From: Hormiphora californensis
Lineage: Eukaryota > Animalia > Ctenophora
Assembly (NCBI GenBank): GCA_020137815.1
Contig: CM035360.1
Span: 744,001-808,000, forward strand
Length of the DNA stretch: 64,000 bases
Direction: 5' to 3'
Of this stretch, positions 23,840 to 37,709 are shown piece by piece; the first letter of the stretch is position 1; each line of letters opens with the position of its first letter. A model generated the notes under the pieces. It had not been told where the DNA came from. It did no database searches and worked only from the letters and a program-made list of their open reading frames with translations. The position numbers were made by a program, and so were the translations under genes.

Positions 23840-26686
23840 ATCCTCTCCTCTCTCTCTCTCTCTCTCTCTCCCTCTATCTCTCTATATCGACCCGCTCAAT
23901 CATCTCAAGTTCTTACACACAAACTATAATATAGGCTCTGGTGTCTGGGGACGATCTTCCGAAGCCCCCCTCTCCTCCCTCTCTTCAGAAGAATTAAATT
24001 TTATCTGGGATCACTATTATTTTTATTCTACATCAAGTTATATATGTAACAATCAGGCTTCGGCAGAATATTCAATTCCTAAATTATCAGTTGGGATTGA
24101 GAGAAGCTCATTCCACGGAATATATGGATCCGTTATGTTTTGTTAGGACGAAATACAGCATTATCTATATGACTCTGATTGTTAATCTCTCCCCCGACTG
24201 TTATTTATTAATCCCCCCTCTCTAGGTGTGGTATATTCGTCACGAAGGTCATGTCAGGCAGTTCATTTGATAGTTCCCTACTACGATCATGTGACCAGCT
24301 CCTGCAGTTCAACGACACGAAACTGGACCAATTTACGGAGGATCGGATAGCCAAGATGCTAGCACAAAGTAATTAATTAGTTAGAGGAAAGTTATTAGTT
24401 GATTATTCAATTAATTAAATTATTAGGATATAAGGCATTAATTCCATCCAAATAAGGCACTAACACGATGTTTCTTCCAAATAAGGCACTAAATTCTCGC
24501 TGGTAGTCCGTAGTAACAAGATGGGTATGAAGGAGGCAATGCAGAGATCAGATGACCTGCTACGGAACCGACAACTTGGCACCCAACAACGGCACTATGT
24601 AATTACTGTTATGTAATTACTAATTAATTGCCAATTACTACGTCATAATCAATATATTTTAGAGAATCAATTTATTTAGGGGAACGATTATCATTCTGCC
24701 TCTTTGTTAATGTTTTCATATAATGAAGGGGGCCTAATTAAAATTCCATCAGTACCCTCATTTTGGACTTTTTAGAACTAGACCCCCAAATTAACTGAAT
24801 ATATGTTTTCATAGAAGTAATTAAATAATTAATTAATTAATTCATTTAATGATATGTTCCCTTTTACACGCAGAGTGCAGATAACATCAGTAAGAACAAG
24901 GCGTTCTCTGGATTTATTGATTCTCTCAAATACAAGAAGACGCCCAAGCGGGTACATACCAGATTGATATCAAAATGATTGATTACTATAATTATTGTTA
25001 ATCATGATTATTTAATGGTTCATCAATATATTATTGTTCTAATGCCCAAATATGGTGTTTTGTTGTAATGCCCATATATGGTGTTTTCACCGGTTTTCAG
25101 GGTAAGCCAGATCTGAATGATGTTGGCACGATGAATGCTTCTCTCCCTCTGCCGGGTGGGTCAAACGTATTTACCCGGGGGGGGTATTTCCCCCTTGGTT
25201 TTTTAAAGAAGCGTCATTCACCTTCCCCCTTTGTATCCCCGCAAGGGAAAGATTTTATTATGTTAAAGGGGGGCATGTCCCCCACTAAAAGATGATTAAA
25301 AAACAGGATTCAACCTGCTGAACCCATGTCTCATGCTTGATAAACCTTGATCTTGGTAACTATATCGTATTCCTAATCCCTATAATTCCTCAGGGTACAA
25401 AGAAAAGAGGGGTTTTTAAGTTTTACAGAGGGATTTTACACCTTAAAAAAAGCATGTTCAGAGGGAAACAGCACGGGTTGGTTACCCGGGCTTTAACGGT
25501 ATTTGGGGGTAAATTTAAAAGGGGGGAATTGGTACTAATTAGTTTCATCCCAAAAGTCCTAATTGTTTCCCCATTTTAAAGTTGAGACTGGAAAAACCCC
25601 CCCCACTTTCCCTCTGCGAAGTGTGCTGTCCCCTTTCGGGTGCAGGGGCGACAGGGAAAAGTTGAGTTCAAACAAAGAACTTGAGGGAAAAAGACGGTTG
25701 TGTTCGGGATTATCTGAAGGTAACCCGGAGGAGGACAGCCGGGGGCCCCTTTAGCTCTCGCACAGGAGTTAAAGGGGGGAAAGGGGAGAAAGAGAAGAGG
25801 AGAGAAGAAAGGAGAGGAGAGAGAGGAGAGAGGAGAAGCGAGAGAGCGAGAAAGAAGAGAGACGAGAAAGAGAGAGAGAAGAGGAGAAGGGGGGAGAGAG
25901 GGAAAAAGAGAGAGAGAAAGGGGGGAAAAAGAGAGAAGAGGGGGAAGAAAAGGAGAAGAGGGAGAGAGGGGAGAAAAAAAGCCGAAAAGGGGGAAAACCC
26001 CCCCGCTACCCTTTTTCCCCCTCTCTCCCCTTTCGTTCTCTCTCCCCCCTTCCCTTTTTTTTCCCTCTCTTCTCTCTCTCTCCTTCTCTTTTGGGAAATG
26101 CTGCGTGATAAGTACAAAAATCAAATTTGGACCCGAGGAGGTTTTTCCCCCAGCTGACCATCAAAAAGTTTCAGTATCTTCAAAAAAGGGAGGGCAGGTG
26201 GGGGGGGGGGAAAATTAAAAAAAGGGGGATTTGGGAAAGGGGTTATATCCCCTTTTGAATGGCGGGGGAGAGAAAGAAGAATATAAGGGTGTGGTATAAC
26301 ACATGTCATGTCACATGTACTACACGTGTGTTTGAGTCCCATATATGGAAAGGGGGACGGGGGTCAAACGTCATACTACCAAATTAGGTACTCGTTCCCT
26401 CGGTGTGCCCTCGATGTGACCTGTCATCACTTGCACCATGCTATTATAGATGTTTTTCACACACATATATTCCAGATACACTGTCTATAATACTTTCAAT
26501 GGGGCTGGGCTGGTAGAGGGAAAGAGAGGAAGAGAGAGAAAGAGGGAGAGAGAGAGAGAGACAGAGGTGATATCGAGAGCAAGACCAAGCGATGGAAAGG
26601 GAGAGAGAGGAAGAGAGAGGAAGAGAGATAGAGATAGAGAGAGAAAGAGAGAGAGATAGAGAGGGGACAGAGGGAGAGAGAAAGAA

Positions 26687-26747
<61 letters not shown>

Positions 26748-27954
26748 CAGAGACAGACAGAGAGACAGACAGAGACAGACAGAGACAGAGACAGAGACAG
26801 AGAGACAGAGTCAGAGAGATGAATGATGACCGATATATAGATAGATAGGGTAGATAAAGATAGATAGTAGATAGAAAGAGGGATAGAGAGATAGGCACAT
26901 AGAGAGAGGATTATGTTATCCTGATAATCTCATACAATGAAACAGGAATGATGGTGAAACATACTGCACTTGTAAGGATTTTTTGACAGTTCTAGTACGA
27001 AGTCCATCGATTTAGCACGGTCGTACCCATGCTAAATCAAAAGACCTCATGCTAAAGTTTGAACGCTGGAAAGGGGCCAATTTGACGTTTAGTTCGTGCT
27101 AAAAGATTTAGCCAAATTCTAAAGTGCAACTAAGTTTTTGAGTTTGGTTCATAGTATTTCGAGGTCGTACTATCTATTTACCTCGTGCTAAACTGCTACT
27201 AATTGGTCGTTCTAGATAGGTCATGCTAAATCGGTAGGTCATGCTAAAAATTAGTGCCAAAACTGCGTTTAGCAGCACATTGGTTCATAAGGGCACTTTT
27301 TAGCACGAGATTTTACTCAAAATAGGGTATTTAGCATCAGCTGAAAATTGGTTCATCAGGCCCTAAGTCTCAGTATAGTAACTGAGAGCGATATTACTAC
27401 TAGATATTACTAATTCTAAACCTCCACCCAGATACGTTCAGAAGAGTATATAACGGAGCTGTTTGGATTAAAGAGTGGATACGGTCATGACAATTTACAG
27501 GTAATTTGTAGGTGCATTCAAGCCTTGATTTACCGGACTCCTCCTCGAAGGAATGAGATGAGGTTAAACATTTGGGGGAATTTATCGAGGTCGGACTGTA
27601 TCATGAATTAGGGGTGCAGTTGTAATATTTGGCCCAAAATCAAACTGTTCTCCTTCAAAATAGGACGCCTCAAAATAAACGCTTTCATCTAGTCTCCAGG
27701 GAAAAAATAAAATCACAAGTTTTCAGCAATTCAACACACACTCTTTCTCAATGTCCGGTACACACAAACACACACACACAGCTAGTGATAGAACCCACGT
27801 CACACACGTATGACGTCACATGCTCTGATGTCTTTTGAAGTTTTTATCAAGGTGGTATCATGATTCATGGCCCAAATCTACCATCGTCGGTACCTGAAAA
27901 TCAAAATTACAATAATGATATGGACTTCGATATATTCCCATTTCCCTCCCCCCT

Positions 27955-27985
<31 letters not shown>

Positions 27986-30210
27986 CCTTTCTACCGATCA
28001 GTCTCGTGTCTCCCTTTCTCACTCTCTGTCGGCCGAGATAGTCTCCCTCTCGTCTCACCTACAACCAAAGGTACCAGAGGGGCAGGTTCAGGCAGGTTCC
28101 CATCTTCTCACCTGTTGGAGTGTGATTTCTTCTCCAGGTTCACAATTTCAGCATCACCACCCTCATCATCCTCAGCGTTAGATAGAAGCATGTTGTTACT
28201 ACTCAGATCCATTCTCTCAGCAGCAGACAGTACTTCCTCACCCTCATCTTCTGTTAACACTGCACTCTCTGGGGGCAGAGGGTTATGTTAGTGTTTACAA
28301 GTTAAAACAATAACATTTAATAACTCCACCTTGCTACCCCTGGCCCTAATTACCACTTGTTAGTTGTTACCCATTTTGTGTGTTACCACTGTTTACCCTG
28401 AGTTACCCCTAGTTGCCTAGTAATACCCCTAGTTACCACTTGTTACCCAATACCCCTAGTTCCCCCTAGTTGCCCCTAGTTACCCCTAGTTACCTGAGAT
28501 GAGAATCAGGCAGCCCATACAGAATACAGTCAAAAGTAGGAATCTCATCATAGTGGGATAGGGAACTTGCTAAAAATATCACGGGATTTAGATACGACTG
28601 TACATTTGCAAACACTAGACACAGCATTCGAGCTGGATCGGAGACGGGACAGGGCAATATCAATATGAAATTAAATAAGAATAAGAAGAAGGGCCATTAG
28701 AGAAATTTCAAAAGCAGTAGTGTCAAAGTAGAAAGAGGTTGCAAATATCTTAAATTGGATTGAAAGATCTGCACAGGGGAGTAGATTTGCATTTGAATGG
28801 GCCCTCCTTTTATTATAACATCAACACACTAATTACCGCGTGAATGTAATTACATAACGGGGGGCTAGGTGTCATTAACTAATTATCTAATTGGACCAAC
28901 ACTTATCGTGTAATGTTTAGTACTTAGTTTGGTAAGTGTAACTACGTTTAGAAAATTACAAAATACGGGAAAATGAGACAAGGGGGGAGAGATGGGTCCC
29001 ACACTCTCTCACGGTAGTTAAATGATTTGCTAAATACTCGATCGTGTGCCTAGAACTAACATGACGCACTATTCACCGTGGCCCGTGTTGAGGTAGCGCC
29101 TCAACCCTATTTTCTAACCCACTACTCCTCCCCTAACCCACAACTCCTCCCCTAACCCACTACTCCTCCCCTAACCCACTACTCCTCCACCGAACCCAAT
29201 CGTAGCCGCCCGAACCCACGACGCACGCCCGATACCCCGAGCCGCCCCGAAGGCCAACAATGGTCATCCCCTAACCCACAACTCCTCCCCTAACCCACAA
29301 CTCCTCCCCTAACCCACAACTCCTCCCTCTAACACACTACTCCTCCCCTAACCCACTACTCCTCCCCAGAAATTCGCGGACGCTAACAATACAGAAATGT
29401 ACTGGGTCGCTACTGAGATAGTAAAGGAGAAGAACCTTATAAAACGGGCTAAACTGATAAAACACTTTCTAAAGGTGGCCATCTACTGTCAGGTAATATC
29501 CATGGTTGTCCAATGCTTGGGTATAACATGCCTGCCTCTGGAACTGAGATCAGTGAAACAGAATGTCCGATTCTCGGGGGTCCCTCTCCTCCAGAAATAG
29601 ACATTGACAGATAGTAGCAGCTGTCAGCTACTCTGTTCATTTGACAACGTTGGGACACCCCTTCTCCCCTAAAACAGCTGGTTGTAATGACACAATTCCC
29701 TGCAATATGGGGCTGCAATATTGCAATAACTACAACAGTAACCCCCTCCCTTGCAGGGTTGTAATAACTACAACACCATGTTTTGTATACTGTCGGGGTT
29801 GTCCCACGCAGCCGTGAACAGACTGGACGAGACGTGGGCTAGAGTTCCTGGGAAGTGGAGCAAAGTTTTCAAGGTAAACGGGAGTTGAGATGATGTGTTT
29901 TATGAAGGAGTAAACTCTCTCAACTCGTGCAGTCCGTAACTAACTTGCAAAACTTACTCGTAACATGTTCACTTGGCCCTGTAAAATTAAGCAAAGTGTT
30001 CAAGGTTGAAAGTAAAGAGAGGTGGAAACTTAACGTATGTCAAATAGTCTTGACATGATGGTGGACAAAGGGGGGGGAAGAGAGAGAGAGAAAGAAGAGG
30101 AAGGAGAAGGACGAGACCGAGAGAAGAGGAGAAGAGGAGAGGAAAAAGGAGATGAGGAGCGAGCGAGCGATAGAGAGGAAGATCTGAGCGCGAATCTTAT
30201 CTCTCTCTCT

Positions 30211-30256
<46 letters not shown>

Positions 30257-30682
30257 CTTCCTCTCTCTCTCTCTCTCTCTTCTCTCTCCATGGCACGACA
30301 TCTTATCTTGTGTGACAGTTGCAAAAAGGTTACCATTCAAATGTGATAGTCCTGGATCATCACGCGACATTAAAGACTACTGCTGGTCACATGACATATC
30401 ACGTGGTTTAATCATACAAATTTCTCTCTCAATTCTCTATTCTCCCTCTCACTATATTCTCTCTTTATCCTCTACCATTGTGAAATAGCTGTGACGTTCA
30501 TTTGGAATTATCATTATTGGCCTGAGAGTGTATCAGGAGTGTCGACTGTCTTACAAAAAGCAATAATATCAGAAGTGCAGACCCTACCACGTGTGGAAAT
30601 GTCTTTTCTACTTTTCTAAATTCTAATGTTCCAAGTAGTTGTCAGAAACTCCAAATAGTGGACAAGACAATAATATAAAGCT

Positions 30683-30745
<63 letters not shown>

Positions 30746-32310
30746 CCTCTCTCTCTCCAGGATCTCCATGGGCTGCTGGACCCATCCCGGAACATGTTCA
30801 AGTACAGGAGTCTGATGAACAATGCACCCTGTCGAGCTCCCATGATACCCTTCTTTCCAGTACTGAAAAAGGATCTAACTTTTATCCATCTTGGTGAGTA
30901 CACCCTGCATTTACCCTGCGTGATAGCGAAGTTGCCCCTACCTTGCAGCAGGAACCGACTGAATCAGGAAATACTGGTCCCTGATTTGCTGATAACCAGT
31001 CACGTGACCTAAATAAGGAGTTCTGATTGGTTGTTTACTTGTTTCGGTAGGTTCCTACCTTGCAGGCATGGTAAAGAGTGATGCAGCAGAGGGGTAATTT
31101 CGTTACCAAGTACCCCGCGTGGTATACCGTTTGGGGCAATAAAAAAGCCCCCCCCCCCCCTGGCTAACATGGTTCCCATGGTTCCAGATATCGGGGAAAA
31201 CCCTTTATCTCCCAAACTCTACACAGGTATTGACACAAAGGTGGAGGGAGGATTGATCAACTTTGAGAAGATGAGAATGGTGTCAAGAGAGATTCAGAAC
31301 ATCAGGAGATATTGCAGTACAGATTACAACCCCCACACAATGTTTAATTTGGGTGGAGACCTCGGTTCTGTAGCTCGATTACGGAGAAAGGTAGAGACTA
31401 CAAAGTACAAACTTAAATATAGCAGATAATATAAATCTCACCGATCTTGCAACTTTAAAGGGTGTCCCACTATAGAAGTTTAGCAGATATTCTGAACTCT
31501 ACAATTATACAGGGTGTCCCACTATCTTCGGGACACCCTATACTGTTGCCTTGTTCAACCCTCTCTCCGCGAGGGATAGAACATAACAACTGTACTGTAA
31601 TCTCAATACACTTACAGGAGAGCACTCAGACTCTGACTTCCAATGTGAAGAAGCTCTACGACAAGGGGCTAATGCAGCGCAAAGTGGCGCTCTACCTCAG
31701 TGAAATTTCCACCTTTAACGATGTAAGGCCGTTAATTAACATATTAAATAACATGTTAATATTCTTCATTGCATTATATATTCATGTGATTAACATAACA
31801 CCCCAGCATCTTTTCTCCCCTGCTAGTTTACAACATCTCACTAACTAACTGCTAATTCAACACCTCTCTCTTCAGGCGAAACTGCGGCAATTCTCACATG
31901 CCTGCGAAGCTCCATCCCCATCAACCTTCGTCTCGACACTCCAGCGACGTTCATTACCTGACTTAACGGATGTGGGCCGTATTGCCACACCTACTGCAGA
32001 TAGTACCACTGTCACCTCTGAAAAGGTAGGAGGGAGGGAGGGAGGGAGAGACAGCGAGAAAAGACTGAGACAGAGACAGGCATAGACACAGACAGAGACA
32101 CAGACACAGACAGCTACAAAAGACAGAGACAGCTACAAAAGACACAGACAGCTACAAAAGACAGAGACAGCTACAAAAGACAGAGACAGCTACAAAAGAC
32201 AGAGACAGCTACAAAAGACAGAGACAGCTACAAAAGACAGAGACAGCTACAAAAGACAGAGACAGCTACAAAAGACAGAGACAGCTACAAAAGACAGAGA
32301 CAGCTAAAAA

Positions 32311-32351
<41 letters not shown>

Positions 32352-33723
32352 TTGAAACAGTTTCATCACTGACAAACAAACATTACCTTACAGCGACAAC
32401 AACCTCCACTAAAACGAAGTTTCCATCTCGGACGATCGCCCTCTATTAGCACCCCCTTGGAGAACCCACAACTTGGCCGACACTCGCCCCGACAGTTTCT
32501 ATCGTTACCCCGACCTGCCCGAAGTGTCACACTCGGCTCCAAACGGGACATATCACCCCTTGCCCGGGGCATGGAGGGTCGACTCAGTACGGAACGATCA
32601 CGACAAACATACGCACATACAGACGTTTTAGTTAGGATTAGCGAACCAAGAGATAGTGATGGGGAGAGGAGAGAGAATGAAGGGGAGAGAAGAGAGAATG
32701 AAGGAGAGAGAAGAGAGAACGAAGGAGAGAGAAGAGAGAACGAAGGAGAGAGAAGAGAGAATGAAAGAGAGTACCGTGGAGATTTCAGTCTGGAGACTGA
32801 GTTTCCCAGCCGGCTCCAGATAAGCGAGGTGGGTCGTTTAGGTAACGCGTTGAGAGGTAGTTGCCTTAGTTTAGCGGCATCGGAGAGCAACCAAATTTCA
32901 GAAGTTGTATCTGAAATTAATATTGATAGTACTTTTACAGACATTTAGAGCTACAGTAGTTATCTTGATTTATCTCACTTTTCCTCTCTGTGGTTTCTCT
33001 CTCGCCCTCTCTTTCTCTCTTTTTCCCAGACGCTCAACTATTATATTAAAACTGTCTTGCAGATTTATTGAGTTTCTCAACATACATAGGTATTTTATTT
33101 TAATATTTGACGAAGTTTAATATTTGATAAAATTACGACAACTAACAGTTATCCATTCTTTACCAACAATAAAAACAGAACTCTGACACAACGATAACCA
33201 CAACGATACGATTTGCCTTGTTCGACCCTCCCCAAAATATAATTATCATATCACCCCTTCCAGAGTTCAACTCCGGAACTAAGGAAAAGCGCGTCTGTGG
33301 AGAGTGTGAATAGCAAACGGTTCCTCAGTGCCCTAGATGAACCGATAGGATCAGATAGGCCCGTACCGGATGGTGCTGACAGGCCAATTCCCCCGGCGGT
33401 CCCTCCGCGATTGGATCTGAATTCAGGTACGCAGTTGTTTGAAGATAACATATATTTTATATTTTCTCTCTCACTACCATTTCTCAGAGAAGGGAGCGAG
33501 AGATAAAATTACTGTGATCTTTATGTTTTTCCAACTTAACACACCCCTCTTTTCAGCGCTCCAAACTTCCTTCAAAAAGAAACTCGAACAAAGCCGATCG
33601 AACTCAGTGGACTCACTACCTATTCAGCCTATGAAGGCTTTTAAAAACTCTTCCGGTCCAAGTTCGCCTCACACTGCCTCGCAGCTACACTTATCGGATC
33701 AGAAGTCAGATACGACTGTTTAG
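15225..33723 (+). CDS. RAPGEF2: PDZ-domain Rap guanine nucleotide exchange factor (RAPGEF2/RAPGEF6 family)
   Basis: Exons encode cNMP1 (CWYILVSGSVL), DPLRDSLGKKPSERT, cNMP2 (ELHSWQVLLNGVLEV..GESFG), REM (VDPEYTEDFLLTYRIF), PDZ (GIFVTKVMSGS), CDC25 (YWVATEIVKEKNLIKRAKLIKHFLKVA, LDPSRNMFKYR, PMIPFFPVLKKDLTFIHLG, LINFEKMRM) and a C-terminal PDZ-binding motif DTTV*. The RA-region exons near 25.1-26.4 kb are corrupted. RAPGEF2 versus RAPGEF6 cannot be resolved. Confidence 0.9.
17893..18070. repeat. Intronic minisatellite built from GTGATAGGAAGG units
   Basis: Visible tandem units. Confidence 0.8.
18852..18954. mobile_element. hAT-type MITE (CAGGAACCGACC family), 8-bp TSD
   Basis: TIR CAGGAACCGACC / GGTCGGTTCCTG; TSD GTATCAAG at 18844-18851 and 18955-18962. 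Confidence 0.8.
19200..19726 (+). repeat. Five tandem ~115-bp copies of a 3' splice site plus exon start
   Basis: CAG|GTGTACAAAGA..GGGGT(A/G)ATGTTGGTGGG at 19228, 19342, 19456, 19574, 19690. Confidence 0.9.
20525..20797. repeat. (GTTT)n microsatellite
   Basis: Visible; marks one breakpoint of the inverted duplication. Confidence 0.95.
21355..21526. mobile_element. Tc1/mariner-type MITE (CAGTCGGACCCCGATTTA family), TA TSD
   Basis: TIR CAGTCGGACCCCGATT flanked by TA; empty site seen in the paralog near 39470; partial copies at 18551, 19909 and 27590. Confidence 0.9.
21780..22270 (+). repeat. Intronic minisatellite followed by a duplicated acceptor/exon start
   Basis: CCCCTGGCAACTTAGTTACCCCTCCCTTGCCGGCACAAAGCCC units; CACCAG|GTTATGGAA at 22154 and 22237. 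Confidence 0.85.
23027..23344 (-). mobile_element. tRNA-containing SINE-like insertion with 12-bp TSD
   Basis: TSD TTATTCAGCATA at 23015-23026 and 23345-23356; absent at the equivalent site of the duplicate (about 37950); contains Pol III A and B boxes. Confidence 0.8.
23083..23156 (-). pseudogene. tRNA-like sequence (pseudo-tRNA) inside the SINE-like insertion
   Basis: Acceptor stem GGGTTCG/CGAACCC, D arm TAGCTCAGTGGTAGAGC, T loop GGTTCAATTCC; the anticodon arm does not pair. Confidence 0.75.
29113..29368. repeat. 19-bp minisatellite containing CCCTAA, abutting an acceptor site
   Basis: (CCCTAACCCAC[T/A]ACTCCTC)n. Confidence 0.8.
30949..31057. mobile_element. hAT-type MITE (CAGGAACCGAC family), 8-bp TSD
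   Basis: TSD CCTTGCAG at 30941-30948 and 31058-31065; same family as 18852-18954, opposite orientation. Confidence 0.8.
32109..32312. repeat. 19-bp minisatellite (GACAGCTACAAAAGACAGA)n
   Basis: About 11 visible copies. Confidence 0.9.
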
Positions 33724-34441
33724 CAGATTTTTATGACCGATTGTCAGAGAGAGCTCTAGTTATGTGTTTATTAACATTATTCGCTGGTTGTATTCGAATT
33801 CTTTTAGAAACTTTATGCCGTGTGAGAGAATATTAATGTCTTTTGAGTGTGCGCAACATTCATCTACTTTTATCTCATCAGAAAATAGCTTTGTTTACGT
33901 TGTTGTCTAAACACCCACCGCCATGCAAGCTACCCTTGTTAATTGGTGAGAAATAATTCCCTGCTCCCCGCACAGCCTATTTATTATGCACGAGGAGGTA
34001 CAACAACGGAACGCGCGAAGACGCCCTTGTTATGAAAGGCCCCTCGAGTTGGCGCGATCAAAACCCTCAGATCCCTGGACTCGATCGCGCCGCGCGCAGC
34101 TCTTTCGGTCGCAGAGATCGTGCCTCCTCCGCAAGCTTCTCCCTGTTTAGTTATTCAGATTTGTGTCCCCCCGTGGTTATTCAGGTTCTTTCGGTCGTTT
34201 TTAGCTGCCTCTGTCTTTGTTTTTGACGACTCATTTCCAAATGAGATCGCCGGTTTGTCGCCATCATCAAATACCAATTGAGATTTCATTTTATGCATTT
34301 TGAGAAATGAGATAGCTTTGCAAAGCTATCTCGAAATGCATAAAATGAAATCTCAATAGGTATAATATTTAAAATCATAAATGAAAAAGCTTTGAGTTTG
34401 GTCTGTCCATGTCATATGAATTACCTATTAATTACTGTCTA

Positions 34442-35413
34442 CGGTGGCAGATTCCGGCCAAGAGTTTTTTCAATCAAGTGAAATATTTTTGCTTGAAGTT
34501 TTATACAAATTTTATTTCAAAATAAAAATAAACATGTCGTTAAAATTATTGGCCAGAATCTGCCACGCGAGTGGCAGATCTCGGCCAAGATTCTAAAAAA
34601 ACCTTGGCCAGAATCTGCCACACACGTGGCAGATTCCGGCCAACAAATTGAAACTTACTTATATAGAAGGCGAAAATCGCTGTATCCGACTAATTTTGAT
34701 ACGCTGAATCACGTAAACAACTTTTCCAATCCCTCAGATGTCGGGAAAGTGTCCTAATTGAGCATAATAGGGTCTAATTGACCCAACTTGCAACTTTTCA
34801 CCTGGAAACGATAGACGCTTATGTGAAGGCACTTTTCCGACTAATTTTGATACGCTGAATCACGTAAGCAACTTTTCCAAACCCTCCGAGGTCGGGAATT
34901 TGCTGCTAATTGAGTATAATTGGGTCTAATTGGCCTTAATTGCTCAATTAGGGCACTTTCCCGACCTAGGCGGGCTTTGAAAAATAGCTTACGTGATTCA
35001 GCGTATCAAAATTAGTCGGAAAAGTGCCTTCACATAAGTGTCTATCGTTTCCAGGTGAAAAGTTGCAAGTTGGGTCAATTAGACCCTATTATGCTCAATT
35101 AGGACACTTTCCCGACATCTGAGGGATTGGAAAAGTTGCTTACGTGATTCAGCGTATCAAAAATAGTCGGGTACAGCGATTTTCGCCTTTATATAAGTAA
35201 GTTTCAATTTGTTGGCCGGAATCTGCCACGTGTGTGGCAGATTCTGGCCAAGGTTTTTTTAGAATCTTGGCCGAGATCTGCCACTCGCGTGGCAGATTCC
35301 GGCCAATAATTTTAACGGCATGTTAATTTTTATTTTGAAATAAATTTTTCATAAAATTTCAAACAAAAATATTTCACTTGATTGAAAAAACTCTTGGCCG
35401 GAATCTGCCACCG
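34442..35413. mobile_element. Fully palindromic foldback DNA element, TA-flanked (Tc1/mariner/pogo-like)
   Basis: TA|CGGTGGCAGATTCCGGCC ... GGCCGGAATCTGCCACCG|TA; near-identical arms of about 480 bp. Confidence 0.85.
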
Positions 35414-35846
35414 TAATTGTCCAACTCCTGTCGCATGTCGGAGCTATGATAATGATATTGGACGTGTTTTTTAGTGATTGTTGCTATTATCTGACAAGTT
35501 ATATTACACGTCTGTAGTTTATTAGACAATTTTGACCGGTGATCTAAGTTTTCACAGTGCACCGTTTCCACCGGTTACAGTGCACTGTGAAAACTTAGAC
35601 CACTGCAAAACACTAGTAATTATAAAGTAAAATACCGTTGCAGTGGTATGTGAAAAATTAGACACTTTCTAGTCACACACACACACACACACAGTATAAA
35701 CACTACGTCACTACTGCACACGCCCTAACCCTTATCTTTTCTTCCCCTCTGCAACTATAGGTCACGTGATCGTCACGTGATGGCACCACCCCAATGAGCG
35801 TCCTGCATCTGCTTTCCCTCTCTGCCTTCGATTCTCTCTTTCCCTA

Positions 35847-35962
<116 letters not shown>

Positions 35963-36014
35963 AATCTTTATCTCGTTCACTCAGTTTGTTTCCAAAATCA
36001 TCTAATAAAATTAG

Positions 36015-36281
36015 ATGACTGCTTTTACATGCTCTATTACACAACAATAATGTTAAAGATTCTTTCACTTTTAGGCCTCGCAGGCTCGGCCCAAAAGTAC
36101 AACTACAGAGCTCGCAGGCTCGCTCAGTAGTTACACTTAGCGTGCCTCGCAGGCTCGGCAGCTAAGTAAAAGGATCTACCTCGACCTTTCGGTCTCGGTT
36201 CATTATTGTTGTATTTAGAACACTCGGCCTTCGGCCTCGTGCACTAAATAGTAATAGACCATTTTAACCAGTCATCTAATC
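36015..36281. mobile_element. Short TIR element with serial GC hairpins
   Basis: TIR ATTAGATGACTG / CAGTCATCTAAT; internal CTCGCAGGCTCG x3 and CTCGGCCTTCGGCCTCG. Confidence 0.55.
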
Positions 36282-36944
36282 ATATAATAGTGTCTAGTGA
36301 TACTAGCTCCCAACCCTTCCCGACAATTACTACTGTCCTATTGTAACCAATTACAACAACAAGAGTCCAGAGAGAAAATTGATAAAATTACTTACGATAA
36401 GAGGAAATAAATAAAATAATAAAATGGAAGGAGGGGGTTATCTAATGACGCCTGACGGGTGGAAATTTACTAGAAAATTATGTTCCAAAATTGAGATTTG
36501 AGAAATTCAAATATTCTAGTACAAAAGCTCATTATCACATAGAGATAAGAGTTTCTCTTTGGGTTTGGCCGGTGCCCGGTTTTGCGACAAATCTAGAATC
36601 TAGTAAAATCAGACCAGAAACGTGATACGGCCTCCTTGCGAGGGAGGGGTGAAAGCCAGATAAAGACAGATAAATAAAGTGAGAGAGAGAGAGAGATAAA
36701 TAAAGAGAGAAGGAAATCAAGATAGGTGTGATAGCGAAGAAAATGCGAGAGAGAAATTCTAGAGATAAGTAATATGACCGCTGAGTTGCAGTAGTAGAGA
36801 GGGGGAGAGAGATAAGATAAATTTACCACCCTTATCTTATATGTCCGCGTTTTGATAATCAGTTTGTGTGTGTTTCTCTCTCTATGTTTCCCATGCTGCT
36901 CTTTGGAGGCCTCTTCCCTCTCTTCTCCATAATATATTTCATCA

Positions 36945-37419
36945 TCGTTGAACTGCAGGAGCTGATCACATGATCGTAGTAGGGAATTATCAAATGAACT
37001 GCCTGACATGACCTTCGTGACGAATATACCGCACCTAGAGGGAAGGGGGATTAATAAATAATAGTCGGGGGTGGGGTAATATACCGCACCTAGAGAGGGG
37101 GAGATTAATAAATAACAGTTGGAGGAGAGATTAACAATTAGAGTCATGTTAGATAATGTTGTATTTCGCCCTAACAAAATATAACGGATCCATATATTCC
37201 GTGGAATGAGCTTCTCTCAATCCCAACTGATAATTTAGGAATTGAATATTCTGCCGAAGCCTGATTGTTACATATATCTTGATGTAGAATAAAAATAATA
37301 GTGATCCCAGATAAAATTTAATTCTTCTAAAGAGAGGGAGGAGAGGGGGCTTCGGAAGATCGTCACCAGAGCCTATGTTATAGTTTGTGTGTAAGAACTT
37401 GTGATGATTGAGCGGGTCG

Positions 37420-37459
<40 letters not shown>

Positions 37460-37671
37460 TATTGTAGAGAGAGAAATCGATACATGCTTGCTACACAGTG
37501 AAGGTACTGGAGATATTAATTCTGAAGCCGTGCTGAGAGTGATGTCTCTGATCTGCAGTAGGGGAAACATGCAGCTCTGGCAAGTTACCAGAAAGGGCCA
37601 TGATTAGTGAGATATGAGCGAATGTGGAGAGACAGCTGCTTTTTACAGTTAGGAAGCAAACAAGTGCACTG

Positions 37672-37709
<38 letters not shown>

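Noticed and set aside
29113-29368. Interstitial telomere
   Set aside because: CCCTAA is only part of a 19-bp unit; there is no pure hexamer array
32457-32948. 163-aa ORF with ENEGERR repeats
   Set aside because: The first part overlaps a probable RapGEF exon and the rest is a GA-rich minisatellite
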